Assembly: GCF_009914755.1 (NCBI RefSeq)
Contig: NC_060926.1
Length of the DNA: 64,000 nt
Direction: 5' to 3' (one strand)
Source of the DNA: the human T2T-CHM13v2.0 reference genome, Homo sapiens
The translations under genes and the position numbers were made by a program. This document shows positions 1-13,194 of the stretch, one piece after another. Under the pieces are notes generated by a model that saw only the letters and a list, made by a program, of their open reading frames with translations, was not told the origin of the DNA and did no database searches. Position 1 is the stretch's first letter; every line of letters begins with the position of its first letter.

Positions 1-249
1 AAATTTTAGAGTATTTTGTTATGCAGCAATGCATAAATAATACTGGGATTCACATTTTTCATCTGGGCCATTTACATTCATCAAAATCTTATCATTGTTT
101 GTTTTTAAAAGGGGGCTATAACATGGCAAAGATTGAGTTTTGCAAATATAAATGGTGGTGGATATAAAAGATGAATTGGAACCTGGGTGAAGGGACACTG
201 AGAGACAAAAATAAGGCATCACTACATGGGTCCAAAGAAGAGATTAAGA

Positions 250-552
250 TTTTTATTTTTATATTTTATTTTAGGCAGGGTCTCGCTCTGTTGCTCAGGC
301 TGGAATGCAGCTGTGTGATCATGGCTCACTGCATCCTTGACCTCCAGGGCCCAAGCAATCCTCCTACCTCAGCATACTGAGTAGCTGGGACTATAGGCAG
401 GCACCACTATACCCGACTAATTTTGTTTGTTTTTTGAGAGATGGAGTCTCCCTGTGTTGCCCAGGCTTGTCTCGAACTTCCGAGCTCAAACAGTCCTTTC
501 ACCTCGGCCTCCCAAAGTGCTAAAATTACAGCATAAGCCACTGTACCAGGCC
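250..552 (-). mobile_element. Alu SINE (AluJ-like)
   Basis: T-rich tail then tctcgctctgttgctcaggctgg ... cctcggcctcccaaagtgct ... agccactgtaccaggcc; dimeric and highly diverged. Confidence 0.95.
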
Positions 553-573
553 ATATGACTATTTATGCGAGAG

Positions 574-752
574 CAGGCATCGGCAAAATTTTTTCTGCAA
601 ATAGCGAATCAGTAAATATTTTAGGTTTTTCTGGTCATAAGGTCTCTGTTGCAAACAGTCAGCTCTGCCATTGTATCATGAAAACAGCCACAGAAAATAT
701 GTAAATGAGTGAGTACAGCTATTTTCCAATAAAACTTTATTTATAAAACAGT
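574..752 (+). mobile_element. MER58A-like hAT-Charlie DNA transposon fragment
   Basis: caggcatcggcaaaattttttctgcaaa ... cagctctgccattgt ... ccaataaaactttatttataaaacag matches recalled MER58A consensus; 3' TIR missing. Confidence 0.85.
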
Positions 753-819
753 CATGGGGTTGTGTCTTTATTGGCACAAAAGCAGTGGGAATAAAAATAG
801 AAGACAACATTTTGCAGTT

Positions 820-1375
820 AGACTCAATGTACTGTAGTCAGTGAAGAAAAGGAAACAATCAACAATGACTTATGCTGCATATGACCAAGCAGATGATACT
901 GGTGGTTACTGAGGCAAGAAATACAGAGTCAAAGCAGGTTTTGGGTGGGTCTGGTTTGGGGAGCTTGAGTCTGAAGTGGACGACCTGGGAGAATGGCATA
1001 CTCCTTCCTTGGATATGTAACTGTGGCCGACTAGATCTATGAGGCATATATTTGAGAGTCATTATCATGCAGGTAGAAATTAAAGCCAAGAATAGAAGGG
1101 ATCAATTTACCTTTCTGAGTTTCTTTTGCTTATTACAGTATCTCTCATACAGGAAGCACTCAAAACACTATAACAAAAATCATAAAAGTCAGCCATAATT
1201 CTGGTTTCAGTTGTATTATCACTAAGGGAGAGTGATAAATGAGAAAATAAAAGCATTGAAAACAGGTCCCAGGAGGAAATTAATATTTAAGGGGTAAAGG
1301 CATAGAAGATAAATTAGCAGAAGAGACCAGAAGGGATTGACAAAGGAGAAAATCCCATTAAGAATGTTTCCCTGG
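820..1375 (-). mobile_element. Degenerate L2 fragments
   Basis: Purine-rich L2-like segments (agcaggttttgggtgg..., atatttaaggggtaaagg...agaagagaccagaaggg). Confidence 0.5.
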
Positions 1376-2563
1376 CAGAGAGGGGCCAAAAGGGCCAACG
1401 AGAGACAGCTGCAGTCGGAGTCTCCCACCAAGAAGAAGGGAGAATGGAGAGTGAATCCTACACCAGCAACTGAGGTATCCAGGTTCTCTCGCTGGGATTG
1501 ACTAAGTGGTTGGCGTGACCCACAGAGAGTGAGGAAAAGCAGGGTGGAGCGACAGCCCACCTGGGAGCCGGAACAAGGGGAGCTCCCACCCCCAGCCAAG
1601 GGAGGCGGTGAGTGACCATGCTACCCTGCCCGGGAAGCCATGCTTTTTCCATGGATTTGTGCAACCCGTGGAGCAGATCTCCTCATGAGCCCATGCCACT
1701 AGGACCTTGGGTTCCAAGCACAGAGCTGTGTAGATTCTCAGTGGCCGCCTGGCTGGAGACTGCACAAGACTACTGAGTTCTCAGGGAGTGGGGCGGCAGC
1801 CATCACTACAGCTCCAGTCTGGCAGTTCCCCCCCACTGGTGCCGCGGAAACTGGGCAGTTTGGACCCAGGAAGAATTCCCCAGGGTGTACCACAGCAGCT
1901 GTGGCAGATTGTGGCCAGACTACCTCTTTAGTCTGGACCTGGATCCATCCCTTCTCACTGGGAAGGGCCTCCCTGCAAGAATTTCAGCAACTCCAGCCAG
2001 AGTTTTATGGACAGAACTCTGATCTCTCTGGGACGGAGTCCCTGTGGAAATGGGCTGCCGTGGTCTCCACGGATCAGCAGACTTAGTCTTTCCCCTGCTG
2101 GCTCTGAAAAATCCGGGCCGTCCAGATAAGTAGAAATCCCTGCAGCGCAGTGCACACCTTCCACCAATGAGCACCCAGCGCGTTTTGTTAAGTGGGTCCC
2201 TGATCTCGTGCCTCCTGACTGGGTGAGACCCCCAATCACCAGACACCTTGTACAGGAGTGTTCCCATCGGCATCAGGTCGGTACCTCTCTGGTACAAGCT
2301 CCCAGAGGAAGAATCAGGCAGCCATCTTTGCTGTTCTGCAGCCTCCACTGGTGACACCTCCAGGTGCAGGAGGGAACCAGGAAAATAGGATCTGGAGGCG
2401 GGGACCACCAGCAAACTGCAGCAGCCCGATGAAAGAGGGACCTGACTGTTAAAAGAAACAAACAAACAGAAAGCAACAACAACAGCATCAACAAAATGTT
2501 CCCACAAAAACCCCATCCAAAGGTCAGCAGCCTCAAAGATCGAAGCTAGATAAACTCAAGAAG

Positions 2564-3600
2564 ACGAAAAGGAATCCACGAAAAAAATGCTGAAAACTCA
2601 AAAAGCCAGAGTGCCTCTTCTCCTCCAAATGATCACAACACCTCTCCAGCAATGGCACCGGATTGGGCTGAGGCTGAGATGGATAAATTTGCAGAAGTAG
2701 CCTTCAGAAGGTAGGTAATACCGAACTTCACTGAGCTAAAGGAGCATGCTCTAACCCAATGCAAAGAAGGTAAGAACCATGATAAAACATTACAGGAGCT
2801 GTTAACCAGAATAGCCAGTTTAGAAAGAAACATAAATGACCTGATGGACTTGAAAAACACAACACGAGAACTTCACAATGCAACCACAAGTATCAAGAGC
2901 TGAAAAGACCAAATGGAGGAAAGAATTTCAGAGCTTGAAGATTGTCTTGCTGAAATAAGACAAGCAGACAAGATTACAGAAAAAAGAATGAAAGGGAAAG
3001 AACAAAACCTGCAAGAACTATGGAGTTATGTAAAAAGACAGAGCCTACAGTTGACTGGGGTACCTGAACGAGATGGGGAGAATGAAACCAAGTTGGAAAA
3101 CTTACTTCAGGATATCACCCAGGAGATCTTCCCCAATCTAGCAAGACAGGCCAACATTCAAATTCAGAAAATCCAGAGAACCCCAGTAAGAAACTCCATG
3201 AGAAGAGCAACTCCAAGACACATAATCATCAATTTCTCCAAGATTGAAATGAAGGAAAAAATGTTAAGGGCAGCCAGAGAGAAAGGCCAGGTCACGTACA
3301 AAGGAAAGTCTGTCAGAATAACAGTGGAGCTCTCAGCAGAAACCCTACAAGGCAGAAGAGATTAGGGGCCAATTTTAGACATTCTTAAAGAAAGGAATTT
3401 CCAATCGAGAAATTCATATCTGGCCAAACTAAGCTTCATAAGCAAAGGAGAAATTAAATACTTTTCAGACAAGCAAATGCTGAAGGAATTCATCACCACC
3501 AGGCCTACCTTGCAAGAACTCCTGAAGGAAGCACTAAATATGAAAAGGAAAGCATGTTACCAGCCACTATAAAAACACACTGAAGTACAAAGACCAATAA
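2564..3600 (+). pseudogene. L1 ORF1p remnant (coiled-coil/RRM), disrupted
   Basis: ORF 2913-3365 MEERISELEDCLAEIRQ...TPRHII...EKMLRAAREKGQVTYKGK is L1 ORF1p; start appears mutated to ACG and several stops occur. Confidence 0.93.
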
Positions 3601-3653
3601 CACTATGAAGCAACTACATCAACAAGTCTGCAAAATAACTAGCTAATGTCATG

Positions 3654-6600
3654 ATGACAGGATCAAATTACACATGACAATATTAACCTTAAATGTAAAT
3701 GGGCTAAATGCTCCAATTAAAAGACACAGAATGACAAGCTGCATAAAGAGTCAAGACCCATCAAAGTGCTGTGTCCAAGAGACCCAGCTCATGGGCAAAG
3801 ACAAACAGAGGGTCAAAATAAAGGGATGGAGGAAAATGTATCAAGCAAATGGAAAGCAGAAAAAAGCACAAGCTGCAATCCTAGTTTCTGACAAAACAAA
3901 CTTTAAACCAACAGAGATCAAAAAAGACAAAAAGGGCATTACCTAACAGTAAAGGGCTCAATTCAACAGGAAGAGCTAACTATCCTACATATATATTCAC
4001 CCCATACAGGAGCACCGAGATTCATAAAATGAGTTCTTAGAGACCTATAAAGAGACTTAGACTCCCACACAATAATAGTGAGAGACTTTAACACCCCACT
4101 GTCAATATTAGACAGATTATTGAGACAAAATTAACAAAGATATTCAGGACTTGAACTCACCTCTCGATCAAGTGGACCTAATAGATATATACAGAACTCT
4201 TCACCCCAAAACAACAGAATATACATTGTTCTTGGTGCCGCATGACACTTACTCCAAAATTGTTCACATCATTGGAAGTAAAACACTCTTCAGCAAATGC
4301 AAAAAAAATAAATAAAAAAAAAGAAATAATAACAGTCTCTTAGACCACAGTGCAATCAAATTAAAACTCAGGATTAAGACACTTACTCAAAACCACACAA
4401 CTACATGGAAATTGAACAACCTGCTCCTGAATGACTCCTGGGTAAATAACGAAATTAAGGCGGAAATCAAGTTGTTCTTTGAAACCAATGAGAACAAAGA
4501 GACAACATACCAGAATATCTGGGATGCAGCTAAAGCAGTGTTAAGAGGGAAATTTATGGCATTAATGCCCCCATCAAAATGCTAGAAAGATCTCAAGTAA
4601 ACATCCTAACATTACAACTAAAAGAATTAGAGAACCAAGAGCAAACAAGCCGCAAAGCTAGAAGAAGACAAGAAATAACCAAGATCAGAACAGAACTAAA
4701 GGAGATAGAGACACAGAAAACCCTTAAAAAAAAATCAATGAATCCAGGAGCTGGTTTTGTAAAAAAAAAAAATTAACAAAATAGACCACTAGCTAGACTA
4801 ATAAAGAAGAAAATGGAGAAGAATCCGATAGACACAATCAGAAGTGATAACGAGAATATCACCACTGACCCCACATAAATATAAACAACCGTCAGAGAAT
4901 ACTATAAACACCTCTATGCACATCAACTAGAAAATCTAGAAGAAATGGATACATTTCTGGACAATGCGCCCTCCCACGACAGAACCAGGAAGAAGTTGAA
5001 TCCCTGAATAGATCAATTACAAGTTCTGAAATTGAGGCAGTAAGAAATAGCCTACTAAACAAGAAAAGCCCAGGACTAGATACATTTTCAGATGAATTCT
5101 ACCAGAGGTACATAGAGGAGTTGGTACCATTTCTTCTGAAACTATTCAAACCAACTGAAAAGAAGGGACTCCTCCCTAATTCATTTCATGGGTAAATAAT
5201 GAAATTAAGACAGATATCATCTGCTTTAATTAAGGTATCATCCTAATACCAAAACCTTGCAGAGATACATCAAAAAAAAAAAAAAAACAAAAACACAAAA
5301 CTTCAGGCTATTATCCCTGATGAACATCGATGCAAAAATCGTCCATAAAATACTGGCAAACCAAATCCAGCAGCACATCAAAAAGCTTCCCTGCTCGATC
5401 AAGTCAGCATCAAGGGATGCAAGGCTGGTTCAACATACACAAATCAATAAAAGTAATTCATCACGTAAACAGAACTCAAGACTAAAACCACGTAATTATC
5501 TCATTAGACCCAGAAAAGGCCTTTGATAAAATTCAATGTCCCTTCATGTTAAAAACTCGCAATAAACTAGGTATTGATGGAACATAACTCAAAATAATAA
5601 GATTTATAACAGGCAAAAGCTGGAAGCATTCCCCTTGAAAACCAGCAGAACACAAGGATGCCCTCTCTGACCACTCTTATTCAACATAGTATTAGAAGTT
5701 CCGGCCAGGGCAATCAGACAAGAGAAAGAAATAAAGGGTACTCAAATAGGAAGAGAGGAATTCAGCCTGTGTCTGTTTGCAGATGACATGATCCTATATC
5801 TAGAAAATCCCATCATCTCAGTCCAAGAGCTTCTTTAGCTGATTAGCAACTTCAGCAAAGTCTCAGGATACAAAATCAATGTGCAAAAGTCACAAGCATT
5901 CCAATACACCAACAATAGACAGGCAGAGAACCAAACCATAAATGAACTATTCACAATTGCTGCAAAGAGAATAAAATACCTAGGAATACAGCTAACAAAG
6001 GAAGCGAAGGACTTCTTCAAGAAGAACCACAAACCAGTGCTCAAGGAAATCAGATAGGAAAAAAAACATGGAAAAACACTCCATGCTCATGGATAGGACA
6101 AATCAATGTTGTGAAAATGGCCACACTGCTCAAAGTGATTTACAGATTCAATGCTATTTCCATTAAACTACCATTGACATCCTCACAGAATTGGACAAAA
6201 AAAGTACTTTAAAATTGATATGGAACCAAAAAAGAGCCTGTCTGCCCAAGAAATCCTAAGCCAAAAGAACAAAGCTGGAGGTATCACACTACCCAACTTC
6301 AAAATATACTACAAGTCTACAATAACCAAAACAGCATGGTACTGGTACAAAAACAGACATATAAGCCAATGGAACAGAACAGAGAACACAGAAATAAGAC
6401 TGCACATCTACAACCATCTAATCTTTAACAAACCTGACAGAAACAAGCAATGGGGAAAGGATTCCCTATTTAATAAATGGTGCAGGGAGAACTGGCTAGC
6501 CACATGCAGAAAACTGAAACTAGACCACTTTCCTACTGACAAAGGTCTAATATTCAGAACCTACAAGGAATTTAAGCAAATTCATAAGAAAAAAAAACAC

Positions 6601-7254
6601 CCTATTAAAATGTGGTCAAAGGACATGAACAGACAAATCTCAAAAGAAGACATACATGCAGCCAATAAACATGAAATAAAGCTCAACATCACTGATAATT
6701 AGAGAAATGCAAATCAAAACCACAATGAGATCCCATCTCGTGCCAGTCATAATGGCTATTGTTACAAAGTCAAGAAATAATAGATGCTGGTGAGTCTGTG
6801 GAGAAGTTGGAACACTTTTACACTGTTGGGAATGTAAATTAATTCAATCATTGTGGAAGACAGTGTGGCGGTTCCCCAAAGACCTGGAACCAGAAATACC
6901 ATTTGACCCAGCAATCCCATTGCTGATTTATATGCCCAAAGGAATATAAATCATTCTGTTTTAAAGATACATGCATTCATATGTTCATTGTAGCACTATT
7001 CACGATAGCAAAGACATGGAATCAACGCAAATGCGCATCAATGATAGACTGGATTAAAAAATGTGGTACATATATACCATGGAATACTATGCAGACATAA
7101 AAAGGAATGAGATCATATCCTTTTCAGGGACATAAATGGAGCTAGAAGCCATTATCCTCAGCAAACAAACTAGGTACAGAAAACCAAACACTTGATTTTC
7201 TGCCATTTCTACATGTGACTAGCCAGCATGTTCTCACTTATAAGTGGGAGCTAA
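3654..7254 (+). pseudogene. L1 ORF2p remnant (APE endonuclease and reverse transcriptase), disrupted
   Basis: atgacaggatcaaat start; [45 protein letters not shown]...[12 protein letters not shown] fragments; many frameshifts and stops plus internal deletions near 5600 and 6535. Confidence 0.95.
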
Positions 7255-7737
7255 ACAATGAGAACGACACATGGACATAGGGAGGGGAACAACACACATG
7301 GGGGCCTGTTGGGGGCAGGGGTGGTGGCAGTGGGAGAAAGAGCATTAGCATAAATAGCTAATGCATGCTGGGCTTAATACCTAGGTGATGGGCTAATAGA
7401 TGCAGCAAACCACCATGGCACACATTTACATATGTAACAAACCTGCACATTCTGCACATGTACCCCAGAACTTATAAAATAAAATAATAAAAGATTGTTT
7501 CCCTGGACTAAGGAGTGTATTTCATAAAAGAGGAGACAATTGGTGTCCAATTCTGTGGAAAGTTCAAATAGACTGACTTCTTAGACAAGCTCATTGTAGG
7601 CAACAATGTTATCTTGTATCACCTGAAGAAAATCAGTGTGAGAAGCAGGGTGGGGCTAGATTACAATACAAGCAGGTAAATGTAAAGCCTTATCTCATGG
7701 TGGCAATCAAATCCCATTATTTGCCTGGCTGTTCCAT

Positions 7738-7831
7738 GTTTGTTTGTTTGTTTAAGAGACAGGTCTGGTTATGTTGCCAGGCTGGACTCAAACAATTGAG
7801 TTCAAGGAATTCTCCCTCCTCAGCTTCCTAG
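7738..7831 (-). mobile_element. FLAM/Alu monomer fragment
   Basis: (tttg)n tail then gagacaggtctggttatgttgccaggctggactcaaac...cctcctcagcttcc. Confidence 0.7.
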
Positions 7832-9049
7832 GTACATCCTTTCAAGTTTACTTTACATACTGATTTCTCCACATTACCTCTTCTTTTAATCTACCAATAT
7901 ACCTCCATTACCTTCTACTAAAGTCTTTCATCTTGCCTATGCTATGGATGATTCAGGCTGAGAAAAATCTATCCCTGGTCTCAGGGAATGGTCCAGATAC
8001 AAGTCTGTAACCCAACCAGATCCTTGCTGGAGATGTTTTTCTGAAACCAGTGGAGAGAGCTCTACTGCCCCTTTTACTTCCTCTACTCATAGTCAGGTTT
8101 CTGTCTCTTGAACTGATCTAGCTGTTATGTATACGTCTCCAGCAGGACAAACTCTAGGAGAAACATGTTAATGTGCCACATGATACAATTGAGGGTAAAC
8201 ATGGAAACCATTTAACCTTGGTACAGTTTTCTTCATTAAACACAAGAGCATTACTGGATGTTTTTCTTATTGCTTGATGTCATTTGAAGTTTTGCACTGC
8301 TGCCCTCAGCTCATTTGCTTTATTTCTAGATTTTTTTTTTTAACTGAGTGTTTCCTAGCTAGATTCATGACTATGGATAAGGTTCAAACTATTAGAGAGG
8401 CAAAGTTCCTCAGGGAAAGAGCCGGCTTCTCATTGTTCTTCATTATTTACATATTCTCCTGTATGTTTCTGAAGCACTTAACCCAATTTACATTTTAATG
8501 AGCTACCGTACTGTACTTACCAAATGCTTAGTGGGTCAATACTAGAGGTTCCATTTTAGGAATCTGGAACAAGTAATAATCAGAATGAAAATAACAAGAG
8601 CATCTGCAGAACTGGCATAACCAGAAAAAAACCTTCAAATTTCAATTAGGATTTCCCCCATACCCACTGTATTCTTGCATTGTTGTTTATTAGGTATGTT
8701 TCTCTAAATCAGACCACTATGCTTGCTTAAATATACGTATATTTAAAAGAAAATATACCACTTCCATAAATGGAAAACAATATCACTTGACAAAAAATAG
8801 ACATTAAATTGAATACATCCATCTTTAAAAACAAGCTTTGTCCTGTACTCCCCAAAGATACTCCTGGACCTTCAGAAGAAAGCACTCCACTTTTTGAAAA
8901 ACATTGCTTGTGGTAACTGGGGTAGCACAGCATTATAAAAGGAAATAAAGCTTTAGACCAGGAAACCAGCTTTAGACCATATATGTTCTAATATCAGTTT
9001 TACTCTTACTTGGATTCACTCTTCTCTTTCTATGCACAGAAAACTCTAC

Positions 9050-9400
9050 TACCTCTTCATTACACATCACATTTTGGTAAGTTAGTTATTTAATATCAGG
9101 TTTTTGCTCTAGAGTCTAAGCTCTCTGAGGATAGGGTATACCTATGTTTCCCTCCCTAATCACCAGCATCTAGTACCTGCACATGGGAGGCATCTAGTGA
9201 ATATTTATAGAAAGAATGGATGGATGAATAGGTAAATTAACATGTGAATAAGATAACCCATCTGAGCCTTCATTTCCTCCTTTAATTAAGAAGAAAGTAA
9301 TACATGCTTTTACATAATAATACATAACCAAGAGTTATTATATTAGAGATTACATGTGTATGTCAAGTCCCTAGTATAGAATGTGGTTGAAATTGTAGCT
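9050..9400 (+). mobile_element. L2 3' end followed by MIR fragment
   Basis: ctaagctctctgaggatagg...ccagcatctagtacctgcacatggg...gaatggatggatgaa; then ctgagccttcatttcctcc. Confidence 0.55.
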
Positions 9401-9609
9401 ATGAAGCATGGCACCCATTTCCAATAAGCAATCAGACTCAAAGGCTCTTATGGAAAAGACAACTTAGCTCCATTTCTAGGTTCCATCAGCCTTCAATACT
9501 CAGCATTTCTAAATATACAAACCATTTCATTTCCCTTACCTTTGCACAGTCTGTGACACCTCTTGGAATGTCCTCACCCCTCTTCTAGCTTTTAATTTTA
9601 TATTTATAT

Positions 9610-10367
9610 TGATACGGACAGGAGACAGGGAAATACTGGGTAGAGGATGGTGGTTCTCCAGCAAAGGCCCCACCCTCAAGCCTGGAATGGGAACAGGTCC
9701 TAAATGGGAACAGGCATTCCTGTTTTTGTGGCCAAATGTTGCCTTTTGGCCCACCACACCCCCCTATCCTATATCCATATAAACTTCAAATCCCAGGATC
9801 CATGGCAGATGAGCAGAAGAGAAGAGGAACAGAAAGTCAGCGTGGCAGAGAGGAGTGAAGAGAAGGAATGTCTGAACATCGAGAGGAGTGTGACTGTGGA
9901 CAGTCCAATGGCTGTGGGATGGCCAAACTCCAGAGGAAGATCATCTTCCCACTCTATCCTCTTTCCAGCTCCCTGTCCATCTCACTGAGAGCCTTCTCCA
10001 CCACTCACAAAACCCCTGCATTCACCATCCTTCAAGTCCATGTATAATCTGATTCTTCCTGGAAGATGGACAAGGTCAGGTACCAAGAAGGCACTGAGCT
10101 GGTTAACACTTAACTCATCTGTGGACAGCAGAGCTAAAGGAACACTGTAACAAGCCTACTGGGGCTTTGGGAGTTGCAGGCATCCACCTGTAGATGCTAC
10201 CATTGGGCCAGAGTCCAAAAGTGCTTGTCCTGGCTCCTACACCTGCCCGTCTGCATGCTCCCCATCTCATAAGGGGTTTGAGCATGCAGCAACCAAACAG
10301 ATGAGCAATACCCCTGTGGCACGTCACAATACCCTTGTGATGGGGGTCAAGGAACTCTGCTGTTTTA
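9610..10367 (+). mobile_element. Solo ERV1 LTR (LTR1-family-like)
   Basis: Starts tgatacggacaggagacagggaaatactggg, ends ggaactctgctgtttta; 4-bp TSD atat (9606-9609 / 10368-10371), typical of ERV1. Confidence 0.85.
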
Positions 10368-10377
10368 ATATCATAAA

Positions 10378-10810
10378 TGTTCTGAGTTAGTTTGTGTTCT
10401 CCCAAAATTCATATATTCAAGTTCTAACCCCAAGAACCTCAGAATATGACTATATTTGGAGATGGGGGCTTTGAAGAACCTCAGAATATGACTATATTTG
10501 GAGATAGGGGCTTTGAAGAGGTCATTAAAATTAAATGGGGTCACTAGGTTGTGCCCTAATTCAATATGACTGGTGTCTATAAAAGAGATTAGTAAACAGA
10601 TACACAGAGGGAACACCATGTGAAGACAAAGCGAAGACAAAGCAAAGACTGCCACCTATATACCAAAGAGAAAGGCCTCAGAAGAAACCAACCCTGACAA
10701 CACCTTAGTCTCTGATATCTAGCCCCCAGAAATCCTAGAAAATAAATTTCTATTGTTTAAGCCACCCAGACTATGGTGCTTTGTTATGGCTTCCCTACAA
10801 AACTCATGCA
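10378..10810 (+). mobile_element. MaLR solo LTR (MLT1B-like)
   Basis: cccaaaattcatat...cagaatatgactatatttggagat...gaaaggcctcagaagaaaccaaccctg...aataaatttctattgtttaagccacccag. Confidence 0.9.
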
Positions 10811-11018
10811 CTGCAAGTCCCAGATCAAAACCTTCCTCTGGGAAGCCTGCCTCTAGGCAGGGAAGGTGTTCTACTGTCTTTTGGTCTTCGGTGCACTCTA
10901 TTTCTGCCCACCCTGTAAGACTTGCTACCTTTCATTGCAATTATTTATTTGCACAGTGACAGTCAGGCCAAACTTAACAATAAAGCCTGAGAACAAATTC
11001 CCAGAGGAAGGAGGGTAA

Positions 11019-11403
<385 letters not shown>

Positions 11404-11519
11404 ATCATTCTTTTGTTGAGCAGCATTAATAAACGAAGTGAAAAAACCTCAATGTATTTATTTTCAATGAATAAATAACAGACCTGTAGACTGCACACAT
11501 TTTTATTTTTTTCTGATTT

Positions 11520-11685
11520 AGGCTTTGTGTTTTTTATACCCCTCAGCCTCTTCATTAGAATTTGAGCTCCTTGAGGGCTTTAGTGTCTAATTCATCTCTT
11601 TAGCCCACCACATAGCACAATCCCTGGAACCAAGTAGGTGCTCAAAGAATATTTGTTATCGAATCTATCAATAAATGAGCAAATG
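11520..11685 (+). mobile_element. L2 3' end fragment
   Basis: tgagctccttgagggc...agcacaatccctggaaccaagtaggtgctcaaagaatatttg. Confidence 0.65.
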
Positions 11686-12629
11686 ATGCTTTAATATCAC
11701 ATATTAACTGTGTATAAAAATAAAACTTTATTTTTAAAAATGTATAAACTTCTTTATAATTAGGAAGAAAATTAGGTAAGTGGATTGAAGGAAGAATTTT
11801 ATAAAATTCCATGCCACAGACAGGATCATTTTCACTTGACTTAGGCTATGGGCAAGGGGATGACTGTAGGGGTTTGAGGAGGGCCAGATATGTTGGATCA
11901 GAAGCATATGATGTACGGAATGTTAATATCTAGTCTAACAATGTGACAGGCTGGTATGAATTTCACATTTTGGGTGAAGAACAGACTTATCTGGTAAAAT
12001 CAGTGGTTGTTGTAGACATATTAAAACAATAAATATTTTCCAATGGAAAGTACAGCTTATCTGTGCAGTGAAATAAAAAATAAATCCTTAACTTTGGAAC
12101 TTTTGGCACTTAGTTCTCAACTGAGAATAATTGTGAAGTTTGTCAGTTCAGTCCTAATGAGTTATTTATTATTGTCACAGATTTACAAATTTGCCATATT
12201 CTGCTTAAAACTCTGTCTGAGAACATCTGGAGTGGTACAATTTCATATTTCTTCAAAATTATTACTTTCCAAATCTATTCATAATTGGACTCATAAAAGG
12301 TATCTGAATTAGATAAAAACTAATATATAATGGTATCATGTGCTGTGGTTAGTTCAGCCTTTGTTCCCAGAAAAGATTGACATCTTTTCATTTCAGAGAA
12401 GATGAATTTTGGTAGACTCTAATCTAATTTTGCAAAGACTAGTGCATATAGAAATATTTGGGATTTAAAGGGATTAAATTACAATTAGTGAGGTAAGGAT
12501 TTCAAAGGTGAATCTAGTTCTTGAATTAAAATAATCCTTGAGAAGCAAAGATTTTATTCATAACTGCTGATTCCAGAGCAACTGAGAACAGAATAGTAAG
12601 ATATTGCAAATACGGCTAGAAAAAGATAA

Positions 12630-12925
12630 TCTAAGGTCAGATTCTCTAGAAGCAAATCATGAGATGGGAGTTCATGTGCGAATGTTTAATTGAGGAAGTT
12701 TTCCCTTAGGTGGCAGCCAGGGAGTGAAGGAGGCAAAGTAGGGAAGGGGAAAACGCCAAGCAAGGATGGAACTCAGGTGGAGTCTGCAGAGGGTGGGGCC
12801 AGCCTGATTCCGCAGGGGAACTCTGAAATGTAAGTTAAGCCTGGAGTTATCCTTATCCAAGGCAAGAATACTGGGGTGTGTTTATACCTGACAATGGCTA
12901 AGGGTGGGGATTGGGTGTTGGTAGT
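12630..12925. mobile_element. Old LTR fragment (MLT1/ERVL type)
   Basis: ggtcagattctctagaagc...gagatgggagttcatgtgc...ggggccagcctgattccgcaggggaactctg resembles old ERVL/MaLR LTRs. Confidence 0.5.
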
Positions 12926-13194
12926 GTGAGAGTTGGAGAAAGGGCAATAAGGTACAACTAATTAACATCAACATACCATTGCATTCTTCTAGATTTTTTT
13001 CTGATGCTAACTCTGACCTTAAACCATCACTCAGAGTAGGTGGAAGCAAAGACTTACTCAATTTTGTGAACCTATCATCTAGTACATTATCTGGCAGAAA
13101 ATAGGTAATCAAAAAACATATACATAAATGAATGCTATCAGCAAACATACAAATCCTTTCTTAACCCATCAAACTTTTTTTTTTTTTCACAAAC

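Larger units (their letters stand above)
1376..7490 (+). mobile_element. Full-length, inactivated LINE-1 (L1PA12/L1PA13-like)
   Basis: GC-rich 5'UTR, ORF1 and ORF2 remnants, 3'UTR with gcataaatagctaatgcatgctgggcttaatacctagg, A-rich tail; 16-bp TSD aagaatgtttccctgg (1360-1375) / aagattgtttccctgg (7491-7506). Confidence 0.97.

Noticed and set aside
1920-2516. 198-aa minus-strand ORF (longest in the track) and overlapping ORFs
   Set aside because: Antisense to the GC-rich L1 5'UTR; repeat-derived, with no evidence of a real protein
8949-8980. agctttagacca repeated twice
   Set aside because: 12-bp local slippage duplication, too short to carry meaning
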